From Amoebidium appalachense (taxonomy: Eukaryota > Protista > Ichthyosporea): 64,000 nucleotides of DNA. Positions 1 through 64,000 of this stretch are shown piece by piece (position 1 is the first letter of the stretch; each line of letters opens with the position of its first letter). Under the pieces are notes generated by a model. The model searched no databases, had not been told where the DNA came from, and saw only the letters and a list, made by a program, of their open reading frames with translations. A program made the position numbers and the translations under genes. Location: the NCBI GenBank assembly GCA_963693365.1, contig CAVNZM010000003.1, positions 1,638,768 to 1,702,767 on the forward strand, given 5' to 3'.

Positions 1-424
1 GGCTCTGCTTATGACGCATACTGTGCACATGGCTGATGTTGCATACTTGAATGTTTGCCTTTGCATGTGTCCTGCACCATGCTTCTCGTCGTGTATGCGT
101 ACTTTGTACCGTGTTCCGCATTCAAAACCCCCCCCCCCACCCACCCACCCACCCACCCACCCACACACACACACTCCAAACACATTCCCCCCCCCCCCCC
201 CCCCCCCCCCTCCCTCCCCCCCCCCCATGCGACCCCGCCGCGCTGTCTTGTCCCATGGTTCGCCTTTATTATGACATGAGAATCTATTATTTTGTCAATT
301 TGCATTTTTTTGATGCATGTGTATTCTCCTTGTTTGTCTGTATGTGTGGACCTTTGCTTCTGTCTGTGTGTGCGTCTGTGTGTCTGTCTGTCTGTCGGTC
401 TGTCGGTCTGTCGGTCTGTGTGTG

Positions 425-456
<32 letters not shown>

Positions 457-488
457 CGTGTGCGTGTGCGTGTGTGTGTGTGTGTGTG

Positions 489-620
<132 letters not shown>

Positions 621-1348
621 CGCGCGCGCGGTGTGTGTGTTTGTGTGTTTCTGTGCGTACTAGAATGGTATGTGTGTTTCTGTGTGTCTGCATTTTTATG
701 TGTTTGTGATGGCCATATGCTTGCCTGAGGCGAGATGGGGAATATACATATGTTAAACGTGGCCAGGAGGGAGAATGGGGGCGGGGGGGAGGGGGGGGGG
801 GGAAGACTAGAAGTTAGAACCAGGACAATAAGTGACATAAGTCTACCACTGAAAACCCATGACACAATTTTCTTTGTGAACGAGAATATATCCACCAGCA
901 AGACAGACTGACAAGGGTGGGGAAAAGGCGAAATGGTCATATGTGAACTTGACTTTTTTTGGGGGTGGGGGGGGGGGGGGGGGGGGGGGGGGGGGAGGTT
1001 CTGCTTATTAACAACGTTTAGGTGAGCTGTAATGAGTTGTCGGCACCAAGGCCAACAGTACTTCCACCCAACAAGATATACATGTAAAAATTGACCTTAC
1101 ACCTTACATCATACAAATTATATGTGAAGACATAACGTATCAATTGTTTGTCATATGTGGATGGATAGCATTTTTTTCTTTTGAAGAAAAAAAAAATTCA
1201 CGGTTTGACGTCTGAAGTCATACTGATGAAGATGTGAGCAGATCGACACCGTACCTGCTGCTTTTATTGGCATTGCCCAAATATAGCTGTCTCTTCAGTC
1301 AAAACATGACCAAAGGGAGTCAAAAGTTGAACAAAACGGGAAATGCAT

Positions 1349-1483
1349 ACCATGTATTAACTCAATACATGAAAATACCATGTAATAACTCAATACTTGA
1401 AAATACCATGTATTAACTCAATACATGAAAATACCATGTATTAACTCAATACATGAAAATACCATGTATTAACTCAATACATG
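1349..1483. repeat. 28-bp minisatellite, ~4.8 copies, each with an internal palindrome
   Basis: Unit accatgtattaactcaatacatgaaaat with CATGTATT/AATACATG inverted arms and no spacers. Confidence 0.9.
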
Positions 1484-1609
1484 GAACAGGGCGGACGGGG
1501 AAGAACATCTTGCTGTTCTCTGCCTTCGTGCCATCACCAATACAAGCGTAATGCCCCCTCCCCCCCCTCCCCCCCTTCTCTCCCTCCCCTTCCCACACGC
1601 ACACACGCT

Positions 1610-1655
<46 letters not shown>

Positions 1656-1867
1656 TATACACACACACTGAATGCTATGCTTGGTTTATACGGCCTGTTC
1701 CTTTTTGCACACCGTTCGTGTTTCCCATTCCGACCCCAACCACATGCTCATTTCTGCTCATTTATTTTAAAAAAGACATCCTTTTTCTCTTTTTCCATCC
1801 TTATTTTAACTAACTGTCTTCTTCTTCTTCTCTTTTTTCTTTCTTTCTTTCTATTTTTTCTTCACAG

Positions 1868-22268
<20,401 letters not shown>

Positions 22269-22536
22269 TGGAAGAAAATACTGTTCGTTTTCTCGTTTTA
22301 CATATGTATGATCATGATAGATTATACAAGAACACGTGTGTGTCCACGCTATGCATTAGGGGTTTCAATGAAGTATTAGGTGCATTCGAGAATGGAAATA
22401 TTTTTTATATTAGGAACTATATATACATTCGTTCCGAGCTGATGATGAAAGTCGATATATACCATTCATAATTGCGCATCTCGAGCGAAACAGATACACA
22501 CACACACACAGCCATCTACTTCCCATGCACCCGTCG

Positions 22537-22595
<59 letters not shown>

Positions 22596-22936
22596 CAAAG
22601 ATGTGCACACAAATGCCCACACGCACCCACACACACACACACATACACACTCTCCCGCACACACAACATTTCCCTTTTCCAGAGTTTGAAGGACGTAATG
22701 TACTTCGTCCTGATGATGGTATCGAGTGTATTAAACACTAACGAATACCGGTTGTATGAAAAATGACGAGCTTTCTTGGGAGTCTATATGCATGCTACAT
22801 ATATAGCTAGTTTGTGATCGCCATGTTTTGTTTTGCCCAACGGCAGAACATGATACCAACCTTGCAGGTGTACTGCAACTTCTAAGGTCAGATATGATTA
22901 TGCTTCCAATACTATGAGATTGGACGACCTCATATG

Positions 22937-22973
<37 letters not shown>

Positions 22974-23066
22974 ACCCCCCACGCACGCACACACACACGC
23001 ACACAAACGCGCGCGTGCTCACCCACCCGTGCGCATAAGCACATGTACCTGCACACCACTCCCCCA

Positions 23067-23144
<78 letters not shown>

Positions 23145-23178
23145 AAAAAAAAAAAAGGAAGAAGAAGAAGAAGGAAAG

Positions 23179-23235
<57 letters not shown>

Positions 23236-23411
23236 GAGGAATTAAACGGAAAGAAAGACAGAAAGAAGGAAAAGGGAAAGAACCAATGAAAAAAAAAGAA
23301 AAGTAAAAAAAACAAAAAAACGAAGACTCTTCATGATCACAAAATCCAAAGTCTCCCCAAATCTAAGGCTGTATGCCATAACACGGTGTTCATGTTCGAC
23401 TGTGGATGTGG

Positions 23412-23444
<33 letters not shown>

Positions 23445-24238
23445 GAGAGTTGGTAGTGCTTTAGTGTATATTGGGAGTGGGAGGCCCATGGGGAATTCAA
23501 GTGTAATGTATACTACTAGTGGTACTGTAAATACTCCTTGTTTTATTATGTGGTCTGCAATCCTCAAGGGCTTTCTTCAAGTGGCAGGAACTTCGAGGCT
23601 ATATCAGCCTGTTCGCTAAGCCCGGGGCCTCTTGAAAGTTGTTTTCCTTGTAAGTTGTACATAAGTATGCATAGAAAGGGGGTACACGAGAACGTGCCCC
23701 CCGGCCGGCTCCCCCCACCTTCCGCCCCCCCCTTCCCTTCCCCCCTGCTCCCGAGGTCCCCCTGCTCCTTCCCCCACCTTCCCACCAGTGTCTGTCGATC
23801 GAGCCATTTTCATGAGAGTGCCTTGTACAATGTGGCATTCTCGAGCATCCATATGCATACATGGGCGGTACACTGGCATATATGGCCCTAGATATTGACT
23901 TCCGCAAAAGATCGGAGAATGAATAGTTATAATGCAGCAAGGGCCTTTCAAGTTAATTGCTGCATGGCTTATGCTCTGTGATACCACTGATTAACTCTTT
24001 GCAGTTCGACTGCATTCGATTTGAGAAAAACCCGTGCATGATAGCTGAGCCCCTTTTAAGTCACACATATCCACACCCACACATGTGTACACCGCACACA
24101 CACACACACACATTGCCGCGTACACGTACACGTGCACACACACGCAGCCAAACCATTGCACGCACACCAACACACACTGTCTTGCCGATGTCCACAACAT
24201 GCTCGCCATGACAAAGTGAATACACCATCACCATTTAT

Positions 24239-24279
<41 letters not shown>

Positions 24280-24973
24280 CACGCGCGCACACGCAACCAC
24301 ATTGTCAAATGTTAGTTGCGCCCGGGTTGCAGCATGCCACATCAAACAACTGATTCATGCTTCTGCACTCGTATCACTTTCCATAACAGGTAACGCGAGT
24401 GCACATATATTCATATATAGACGAGGCCCGTTTCTACATGTTATCACATATGATAATACTAATCAGAACTCATATACGGCAATATTCCTACTTTTTTGTT
24501 GTTTTATAAAAAACTGTTTTTTGGCATTATACTGTCACTATTGGCGTATACTACATAATAAAAAAGGGTATTATTATGAACAATCAAGGTTTGCCAAAGT
24601 ATCACTATACGTTTTCGTGAATGTAAACCGAGGTATGGGTGCCAAGAGTTATCTAAGTCGAGCCATAGTAACTAAATGCTCCCGATAAATCGATCGATTA
24701 CAACAGCTTGTATGGGGATATTCTCCTCAATCGTAGGAAACAAAAAAAAGACGAAAAAAAAAAATGAAAAAGAGGAGGGATGAGGGACAGGATGAATGCA
24801 ATAACGAGAATTGCTCCATTCAAAAAATATTACTGAAAAAACACCTTCGATATATTCTTGGTTGCCAAAAAGGAAGTAAAAATATGAACGCCAATCAGAA
24901 CAATTGGTTAAAAATACACCCGGGTGCCTTCCGTCGGGATCTGTCCCATCAGCAGATTCATCCGTGCATAAGA

Positions 24974-39621
<14,648 letters not shown>

Positions 39622-40961
39622 GCCTATATATGGTGTAGAACCTGCAATATAAATATTACCTAAGGTGAGTATATATATGTATTATATAAGGGTAAGCACA
39701 ATAAACAAAATAGGAGGCAGTCGTTGCCGGAGAGTAAACGAAAGCTTTGAACGGACGCTGATGTTTTTCTGCCAAAGCGGAAGTCTGCCTGTCTCTGTTC
39801 CGATTCGAAGTCAGACTTTCAGTGTCATATGTTTTTCAAACACCAATTGGAAGGGAGGTTTGTAACCTTATTTGGTGTAAACTATGTTTAGCGTGTATGA
39901 TTAGGTGTCGGTCATGTGTGTAATTTTGGCGGATCTAAACTTGCGCTTGTTCTTTGGCCGTTGGAAAGTGGTCAGATTTACATGTTACGTAATCGGGCGG
40001 CAGAAAGAAAACTTCGGCACTCCAAGTCTCACACCAACATATGTCAGTAGGGCCAAATATTCACTGTGACAACCGCTGGACGGGGCCGGGAATCAGATAA
40101 AATCAAATTTAATACGCCGATTGGATTCGAGATTCCTTTTCAAAAAGGTGAGCTGTTTGATTGGTCCGCAATTCCACTTTAAAAGTTTTGGTTGTGACTA
40201 TTCGGCCAGATGGCAGACGTGTACATACACACACGTACGTGACACACGCGCACACATGCACACGCACACACATCATGCACACACGCACACACAGCCATAC
40301 CCACACACACACACACACACACACACCAAACACAAAAAAAAATTCCCACACCACCTACCAACGTGCACCCACCCACCCATGGCCGACACAAACACACACC
40401 CACACACCCACACACACGTTGGCATATCTATGCCACATTTATATGTAACTAGGCCACATTAAGTTAGCTATCGTCGATATACTGCAAGGCCAAGTTTCCT
40501 GTATTTGGTAATAAATGTACCATATCTATTTATGTGCCTATCTAGGAAAACCTCTCTTGCAAATTCAGCATGGATACCGTTCTTGTAGCTATGCCACATT
40601 TATATGTAACTAGGCCACATTAGGTTAGCTATCGTCGATATCTCTGTCACATCTATATAACTATATTATTTTCATACAGGACCGGATTTGGAGTTACCAG
40701 GGTTTTACGCTATTCAACACTATCACTATTATCTCGGTGCGCCTTCATACCATGTTTGGTTGAGTTCCCTCTCTCTAACTTTCGTTATAATAAACACCCT
40801 CCCTGACTACTGCCAACCGTTTTAAAAAAAAATTTTTTAACAGCAAAACATCCGATCGCACAAACTCACACTAGTAACATTCAATACGATAGCTTATTAC
40901 TATGAGAAATCTAACGTAACATGCATGGATACGGGAAATTTTGCAAAATATCAAGGAAATA

Positions 40962-58750
<17,789 letters not shown>

Positions 58751-60161
58751 TCTCTACATGGTGCCCTAAATGAGCAGTTTAAGCGACTCCAAGTGAGTTT
58801 ACTCTTGACTTTTTTGAAATTTGAGCTTTTCTTTTGCTTGTTCAACTGAAGTGATCAGCAACCAACGATCGATATATCGTTCGATGGACGGTCAACCTCA
58901 AAGCCAAACTGAAAGTTGAAAAGGAATGCAAATTGGTGATATGTACACCGGAAGTATATTTTCGGACCTCTGTGTTATAGAGATGTCATCGACGTTGTGT
59001 GCAAAGCGACAAATAAAAAACTGCTGTGGCAGGTAAGGGCTCAAGCATCGAGTTGAAGCAAAATGAGATTGCGATTACTCGGAAGTTCCTTTTCACTTGT
59101 CGAAAAAAAAAATGATATCATAAAACAGAGTATCCGCACTTCATTACATTTATGTAATTGCTATACTCGCAGTTAGAAGCGCTTTCTATAACATTGATCT
59201 TCTCCCTCTTTTTATAGTTTTTACTTTCTTGGTTTCGTTTTTCTCTGACCAGTTGAACTGAGAGAAGGCGCGGCCTCGCTTGACTTATCTTATCCAAGGA
59301 ACCAATCAGATTTCTGCAAATAACTGCAATGCAGCGATTGGACTAAAATGCACCACTCCAAACCCGCACCGGGGTTACCAAGGCTGTCCACTTTTGCGCT
59401 GTTTCTTCTTGCTTTCTATATCATATGTATTTCGAAAACTGTGTAAAGCACATAAGATGAAATCAGATATTATATTGTAAAATGGTTAGGAGAGATGTGC
59501 ACTCGGGAGTCCCGTTTCTCTTGAAGACTCTGAACTTCGCTTCATGGCATGTGGCAGGCTGAGCGTTTTGTGGAGAGGAATGCGATTGGAATGCTTCCAC
59601 CCCGCATATAATTACGTCACGGTGGCAGTGGTCATGCTCAGTGCCGTACACAAAAAAATACTCATGATGGCGAAAGGAGACTTTCCAATGTTGCTGTCTT
59701 AGATTTGCATTTAATATGTATTGTTGATATTGAAGCAACTAATTAGTGAAAGTAACTTGAACGAACATGTACACGGACAGCACATGCACTTGAGGATGAT
59801 GACGAATACCCGAGTCTCCACAAACTTTACTTTTCCATATGGACACCAAAAAGTACATTCTTTTTTTTTGGTAGTCATCATATCATTCTGTTTCATTTAC
59901 AATTATTCATGCCTGAAACTTTCTACATAATTTAAACTTTGCTATAATCAAATAAATGTAATGCTGTCAGGCTGTAGCACCAAAGCAAAGCAAATGTATG
60001 TACAAATATTGGAACTCAATTTAAGGGCAGGAAATTACACTGTTTTCAGAAGTAAATACACCGTTAATTTTTAGAAAGTACCAGTGAATTAGCTGGGACT
60101 TACAATAGTTCCACCTGAGTTGGAACGGTTGAGGAAGTAAATGAAAAGAAGAATGCCCCCT

Positions 60162-60203
<42 letters not shown>

Positions 60204-61162
60204 ACCACCACCACCACCACCCCCCCCCCCCCCCCCCCCCCCCCCCCACCACCACCACCACCACCACCACCACCACCACCACCACCACCCCTTAATTTGA
60301 ACCGCCCAGCTGAGCGCGAACTCCATCCAGGTCACTATTAAGGCTTCCTGGGACTTTTGAAACTGGAACTTGCAATCATTGAACGCAAAAAAAACCGCAG
60401 TATATCTCATGACGTCGACCGTCCATTGCCGGACTAAACAAATGGAAAATGCAAATTGAGTTATCCACGGTTTAGCTAATATTGGTGAGGCTCGAAAGGA
60501 GCAGCCAGCATAGTAAGTTGCCCTCAACATAATGGACACATGATTGTGGGAATAACTGAGAGGAGATTTATATTATAGTAGTATAAACGCATGATTATGA
60601 TATTGCCAATGAATCAAACGGGGGGTCCGGAGGGCCGAAGGCCCCCCTGCGCCGGATAGGTATACATTTATCGGATAGATGTAGGGAAGTAAATATCTCC
60701 GGACAAAATTAGGCGGCGATCCGCCAGGGGCCAAAATACAGTAAAATGTAATTTCTAGCCCTGCTCAATTTACTCAATTGTTATATATATGCGCTTGTTA
60801 CTGGATAACTCGTGAAGTTTTTTTATTGTCTTCTCAGTATGCTGTGCATACTTGCATATCTTTCCGTAGAATAAATCCAGTCAAAAGAAGAAAAAAAAAT
60901 TGTTGACTCTCGTATTTCCCAAGTCCCAAACACCCCCCAGATCAGGGTTGTACTGGACTGTGACGACTATGTACGATTTTCAACTTAGGTTGCTTCTGTC
61001 GGTTTTATTGCTCTCTTGTGGCTCACAACAATCTGGTCCCCGGGACCCCCACTACTACATCAATACATACGGTTACACATGCCTATTATGGCCGCAGATC
61101 GATCAACTTGTATGGACTAAGTCTGGGCTGTATACACACGTATCCACACTGGCTACGTGCCT

Positions 61163-61201
<39 letters not shown>

Positions 61202-61280
61202 ACACCTACCCTTGCCCCTAAGAGGTACACTAACCCAAAGAAGCTAGACGGGGGACTAAAAAGCGCGGGCGGGAGGGTGG

Positions 61281-61461
61281 GCTAGAGAGAGCAGCGACGG
61301 GGGACAAAAAGTGAGGGTGATTTAACCATCACCCGCTTTTTATAGTACCCTAAAAAGCTGCTACTGTGCCTATTGGGTGATCACTTCGATCTCCCAATAT
61401 GGCACTACTAAGTTTAGAAAATCTGGATTTCCCAAATCAACGATTTTCAACTTAGGTTGCT
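61281..61461 (-). repeat. Internal B1/A2 junction of the YR element
   Basis: A2 (61281-61445) overlaps B1 (61440-61461) at ACGATT, reproducing the sequence that joining the two element ends would give. Confidence 0.88.
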
Positions 61462-61510
61462 AGCTATGTCCATAATTCTGCCAACTACAAGCTTACATAA
61501 CCCAACCTTG

Positions 61511-62737
61511 CTAAGCCAATTCACCTGCGGACGCGGGCGGCCGGGCACCCTGCAACATTCCGAAGTAGAGCCAGTCGTCGGCCGTAGGGATGTGGCCGAG
61601 GCCGTAGTGAGACACGGGGGTGCGGCTGCCAAGCTGCCACACACCCAGCCACGACACAAACGCCTCGTCCACAAGCAGGGCACGGCAGGCGCCCACCAGG
61701 CCATGGCGCAGGCAGTGCCACGTGACGCCTGCAGCCTCGGTGGCGAGCACCCCCACATGGCGCAACTCGGCGCGCAGCCAATCGTTTCCCACTTTGGGTG
61801 ACGCTTTGGGCACGAGCAGCGCAGTACGGGAGGGTAGAGCTGCCAGCATGTGGTGGAACGCCGACGCACACACCGCCGGAACGACTCGATGCCGTACGGG
61901 GGGACGGAGAACTTTCCCCCCTGCCTGCTTGATAGCCTGAAAGGAGAGGGTGACACGGGCAAGACCCTCGGCACTGACCGGGCCGACAACAACATCTTCG
62001 CCGCGGAGCGTAGACACTGAACCCCACCGAAGGCCAAACAGGTAGCTGGCAGCCACGGCCCCCAACCACCGGGCACCGTCGCCTGACGTGTGCCCCCGCT
62101 GCAACAAGCCGGTGAACCAGGAAGCGTCGAAACGCGACAACTCCGCTGGCGGGGGCCGAACTTTGAGCACGGCGGACGAATAGGACTTCTTGACCATGGC
62201 GATGGTGGAGGCGTCGACATATGGCAGACGCCAGAGCTCATGCACCTTGCGCAGGGCGGAAAACTTGCTGTCCAGACTTGGAGGTTCGTACCCTTGTTTG
62301 AACAGGTCGGCAGCATAGGCCAGCAGGGTGCCGGACGATGTCGGCCACGGCTGCAGACGGTTGGCGGCACAAAATTGGACGTATCGATACACATCTGACT
62401 GATAGACTCTCCAGGTCTTGTCGCTAAGAAAACCCTCCAGCAACAAACTGGCCTCGGCCCGAACCCCTTCCGGCATAGAGGCCACCACAGCTGCCTTCCA
62501 TTCCTGGAAGTTGCCCAGGGCAGGGGCCCGCAACGGGCCCACCGGCACCGGTGTTGGCGTCAGGGCAGCCGGCCTGGCCGGGGGCGGAGGAGGGAGGGGA
62601 GAGGCTGCGGGGGCCGGCGGTGGCGGTTCGGGCGCGGGGTCTGGCTGGTTAACGTTGTCGACTGGGCCTGGCTGCGGCGCCGGGACTGGCCGTTGGGCCG
62701 GCACGGGCGGATAGAAATTTATAAACGCATGCAACAT
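61511..62737 (-). CDS. Tyrosine recombinase (DIRS/Ngaro-type YR), 408 aa
   Basis: Pro-rich N-terminus, then an integrase N-terminal-like domain (LSDKTWRVYQSDVYRYVQFC..P..TSSGTLLAYAADL..SLDSKFSALRKVH). Catalytic-type residues: R in LFGLRWGSV, HxxR in WHCLRHG, W in LGVWQ, Y in SHYG. Open, uninterrupted frame. Confidence 0.88.
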   Translation of the reverse strand: MLHAFINFYPPVPAQRPVPAPQPGPVDNVNQPDPAPEPPPPAPAASPLPPPPPARPAALTPTPVPVGPLRAPALGNFQEWKAAVVASMPEGVRAEASLLLEGFLSDKTWRVYQSDVYRYVQFCAANRLQPWPTSSGTLLAYAADLFKQGYEPPSLDSKFSALRKVHELWRLPYVDASTIAMVKKSYSSAVLKVRPPPAELSRFDASWFTGLLQRGHTSGDGARWLGAVAASYLFGLRWGSVSTLRGEDVVVGPVSAEGLARVTLSFQAIKQAGGKVLRPPVRHRVVPAVCASAFHHMLAALPSRTALLVPKASPKVGNDWLRAELRHVGVLATEAAGVTWHCLRHGLVGACRALLVDEAFVSWLGVWQLGSRTPVSHYGLGHIPTADDWLYFGMLQGARPPASAGELA

Positions 62738-62837
62738 GATTTAATATTTTCCCCAAACTAATGTACAGTAATATACAAGAGGCGACGAGCGCACTGCCCG
62801 CCGCAAGTGCCCCGGCCCACTGGCCGGGGGTGCGGCA

Positions 62838-63590
62838 CTACTGCCGCGAGGCACCGCCGGTCGTCATGCCGGCGGCGCCCCCGCTGGGGGGAGGCCCACG
62901 GCCCCCTGCCCCTTTTCCGTCCATGCCCCCACGTGGGGCACCACCATCGCTGCCACCGGCCCCCTTGGCACGCTGCACCAGGTTGAGCTCGGCCTCTTTC
63001 TTTCTTGCCTCCGCGAGGGCCCTGGACCATCTTGACGAGAGCTGGGGGTAATAGTCGCGCTCCATATTGGCCCGCACGACCTGGGCAAACGCACCACCCA
63101 CAGTAGCCCTGATGTGCTGGTAAGTCACACGGTCGCCTACCAGGTTGAGGATGTCGCCCACCATGCTCCATGTCAGGTCGAGACGCCGCCGCAGGTGGGT
63201 AGCTTCGTCTTCATCGGGCAGCCGTGGCATAGCAGCCACGGCCCGGGCGTTGTAGAGATGCAGGAGGGCGTTGCCCAAGCCCCCAGCAAACTCCACTTCT
63301 TCACGGACCGCCTGGCTGAGTTCACTGCGCTCAAACCCTAGGTACTCAACAGGAATCGGACCGGGCCCGTTGCTGAGGGAGTCCTCCACCAGGAACCGGG
63401 CAAAGCCGCTGAAGGCAGGGTGCATGGTTACCAAAGCTTGGCGTTGCACCGGCACCAACGGCAGTTCGGAGAAGCCCCAGTTGCGCCCAAGTCGCTCACG
63501 GCGGGCCTCGTTACTCTCGACAGCATCGCCAGAAATGAGGCGGCGGAGCTCCGCAAGATAAGCTGAGTAGTTGGCGTCCATTCTAGTCAC
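62838..63590 (-). CDS. ORF1 of the YR element, 250 aa, unknown function (gag-like by position)
   Basis: Intact intronless ORF between repeat A1 and the YR gene. Helical-looking core, then a charged segment (ALAEARKKEAELNLVQR) and a Gly/Arg-rich tail (RGG). No CCHC knuckle seen. Confidence 0.7.
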   Translation of the reverse strand: MTRMDANYSAYLAELRRLISGDAVESNEARRERLGRNWGFSELPLVPVQRQALVTMHPAFSGFARFLVEDSLSNGPGPIPVEYLGFERSELSQAVREEVEFAGGLGNALLHLYNARAVAAMPRLPDEDEATHLRRRLDLTWSMVGDILNLVGDRVTYQHIRATVGGAFAQVVRANMERDYYPQLSSRWSRALAEARKKEAELNLVQRAKGAGGSDGGAPRGGMDGKGAGGRGPPPSGGAAGMTTGGASRQ

Positions 63591-63685
63591 TACTAGAGTG
63601 GCGGGAGCAACGACGTGCAGGACGAAAAGTTATAAGTATACAGGCGCACTGCCACAAGATTGCTACCTAATCACCAACCGTCACT

Positions 63686-63850
63686 GCTAGAGAGAGCAGC
63701 GACGGGGGACAAAAAGTGAGGGTGATTTAACCATCACCCGCTTTTTATAGTACCCTTAAAAGCTCCTACTGTGCCTATTGGGTGATCACTTCGATCTCCC
63801 AATATGGCACTACTAAGTTTAGAAAATCTGGATTTCCCAAATCAACGATT
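63686..63850 (-). repeat. Repeat A1 (5' terminal repeat of the YR element) with TATA-like box and hairpins
   Basis: Matches 61281-61445. Minus-strand TATAAAAAG at ~63749-63741. Inverted repeats at 63711-63746, 63771-63810 and 63818-63841. Confidence 0.9.
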
Positions 63851-64000
63851 CGACTTGACTATTCAAGTTTAACGGGGGGTTGCCTTCCAAGGCCCCACCC
63901 GCCCTCTTTTTCGCCGACGATATTGTGCTTATGTCATCCGATCCTATCGAATTACGGCAATATATACGTGTGGTTGAACACTGGTGCCAGCGTAATGATA

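Larger units (their letters stand above)
60973..63850 (-). mobile_element. Tyrosine-recombinase element with split direct repeats (PAT/Ngaro-like architecture), lacking RT/RNase H
   Basis: 165-bp direct repeat A at 63686-63850 and 61281-61445 (2 substitutions). 22-bp repeat B (acgattttcaacttaggttgct) at 61440-61461 and 60973-60994. Hexamer ACGATT occurs at both ends and at the internal B/A junction. Two intronless GC-rich ORFs lie inside. Confidence 0.85.

Noticed and set aside
1349-1483. CRISPR-like palindromic 28-bp repeats
   Set aside because: Units are contiguous with no unique spacers, the context is a eukaryotic intron, and no cas genes are present.
58948-58955. CGGAAGT (ETS-like) motifs upstream of SLC6 (58948, 59079) and the cyclase (39777)
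   Set aside because: Too short and too few to distinguish from chance.
60617-60648. aacggggggt..aaggcccc motif here and at ~63871-63896 as outer termini of a larger element
   Set aside because: The similarity is short and low-complexity and the window ends, so boundaries cannot be supported.
61447-62394. 315-aa ORF overlapping the recombinase as a hidden reverse transcriptase
   Set aside because: No YxDD, LPQG/PFG or RNase H motifs. It looks like an alternative-frame product of GC-rich sequence.

Overview
Eukaryotic genomic DNA with GT-AG spliceosomal introns packed with (CA/TG)n, (CT/GA)n, (GCGT)n and poly-C/poly-G tracts. Almost all ORFs in the supplied track are microsatellite artefacts. 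I assembled three intron-rich genes by hand: a 5'-truncated FMNL-like formin (+, 1868-22268), a complete 18-exon oxidosqualene cyclase (-, 39621-24974) and an 18-exon SLC6/NSS sodium symporter (-, 58750-40962). The gene set suggests an opisthokont, probably a unicellular holozoan (inference only). At the right end is an intronless, GC-rich 2.9 kb tyrosine-recombinase element (60973-63850). It has PAT/Ngaro-type split direct repeats (A1-ORF1-YR-B1/A2-B2) and a 6-bp duplicated crossover, but no reverse transcriptase. Other notable signals: (1) the cyclase has lost the His232/Tyr503 pair; (2) introns follow a strand-specific pattern of weak donor + poly-C and (CA)n + CAG acceptor; (3) degenerate copies of exon ends lie in neighbouring introns; (4) a dispersed repeat ends in poly-C; (5) there are several MITE families. 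Exon coordinates were read by eye and may be off by a few bases.
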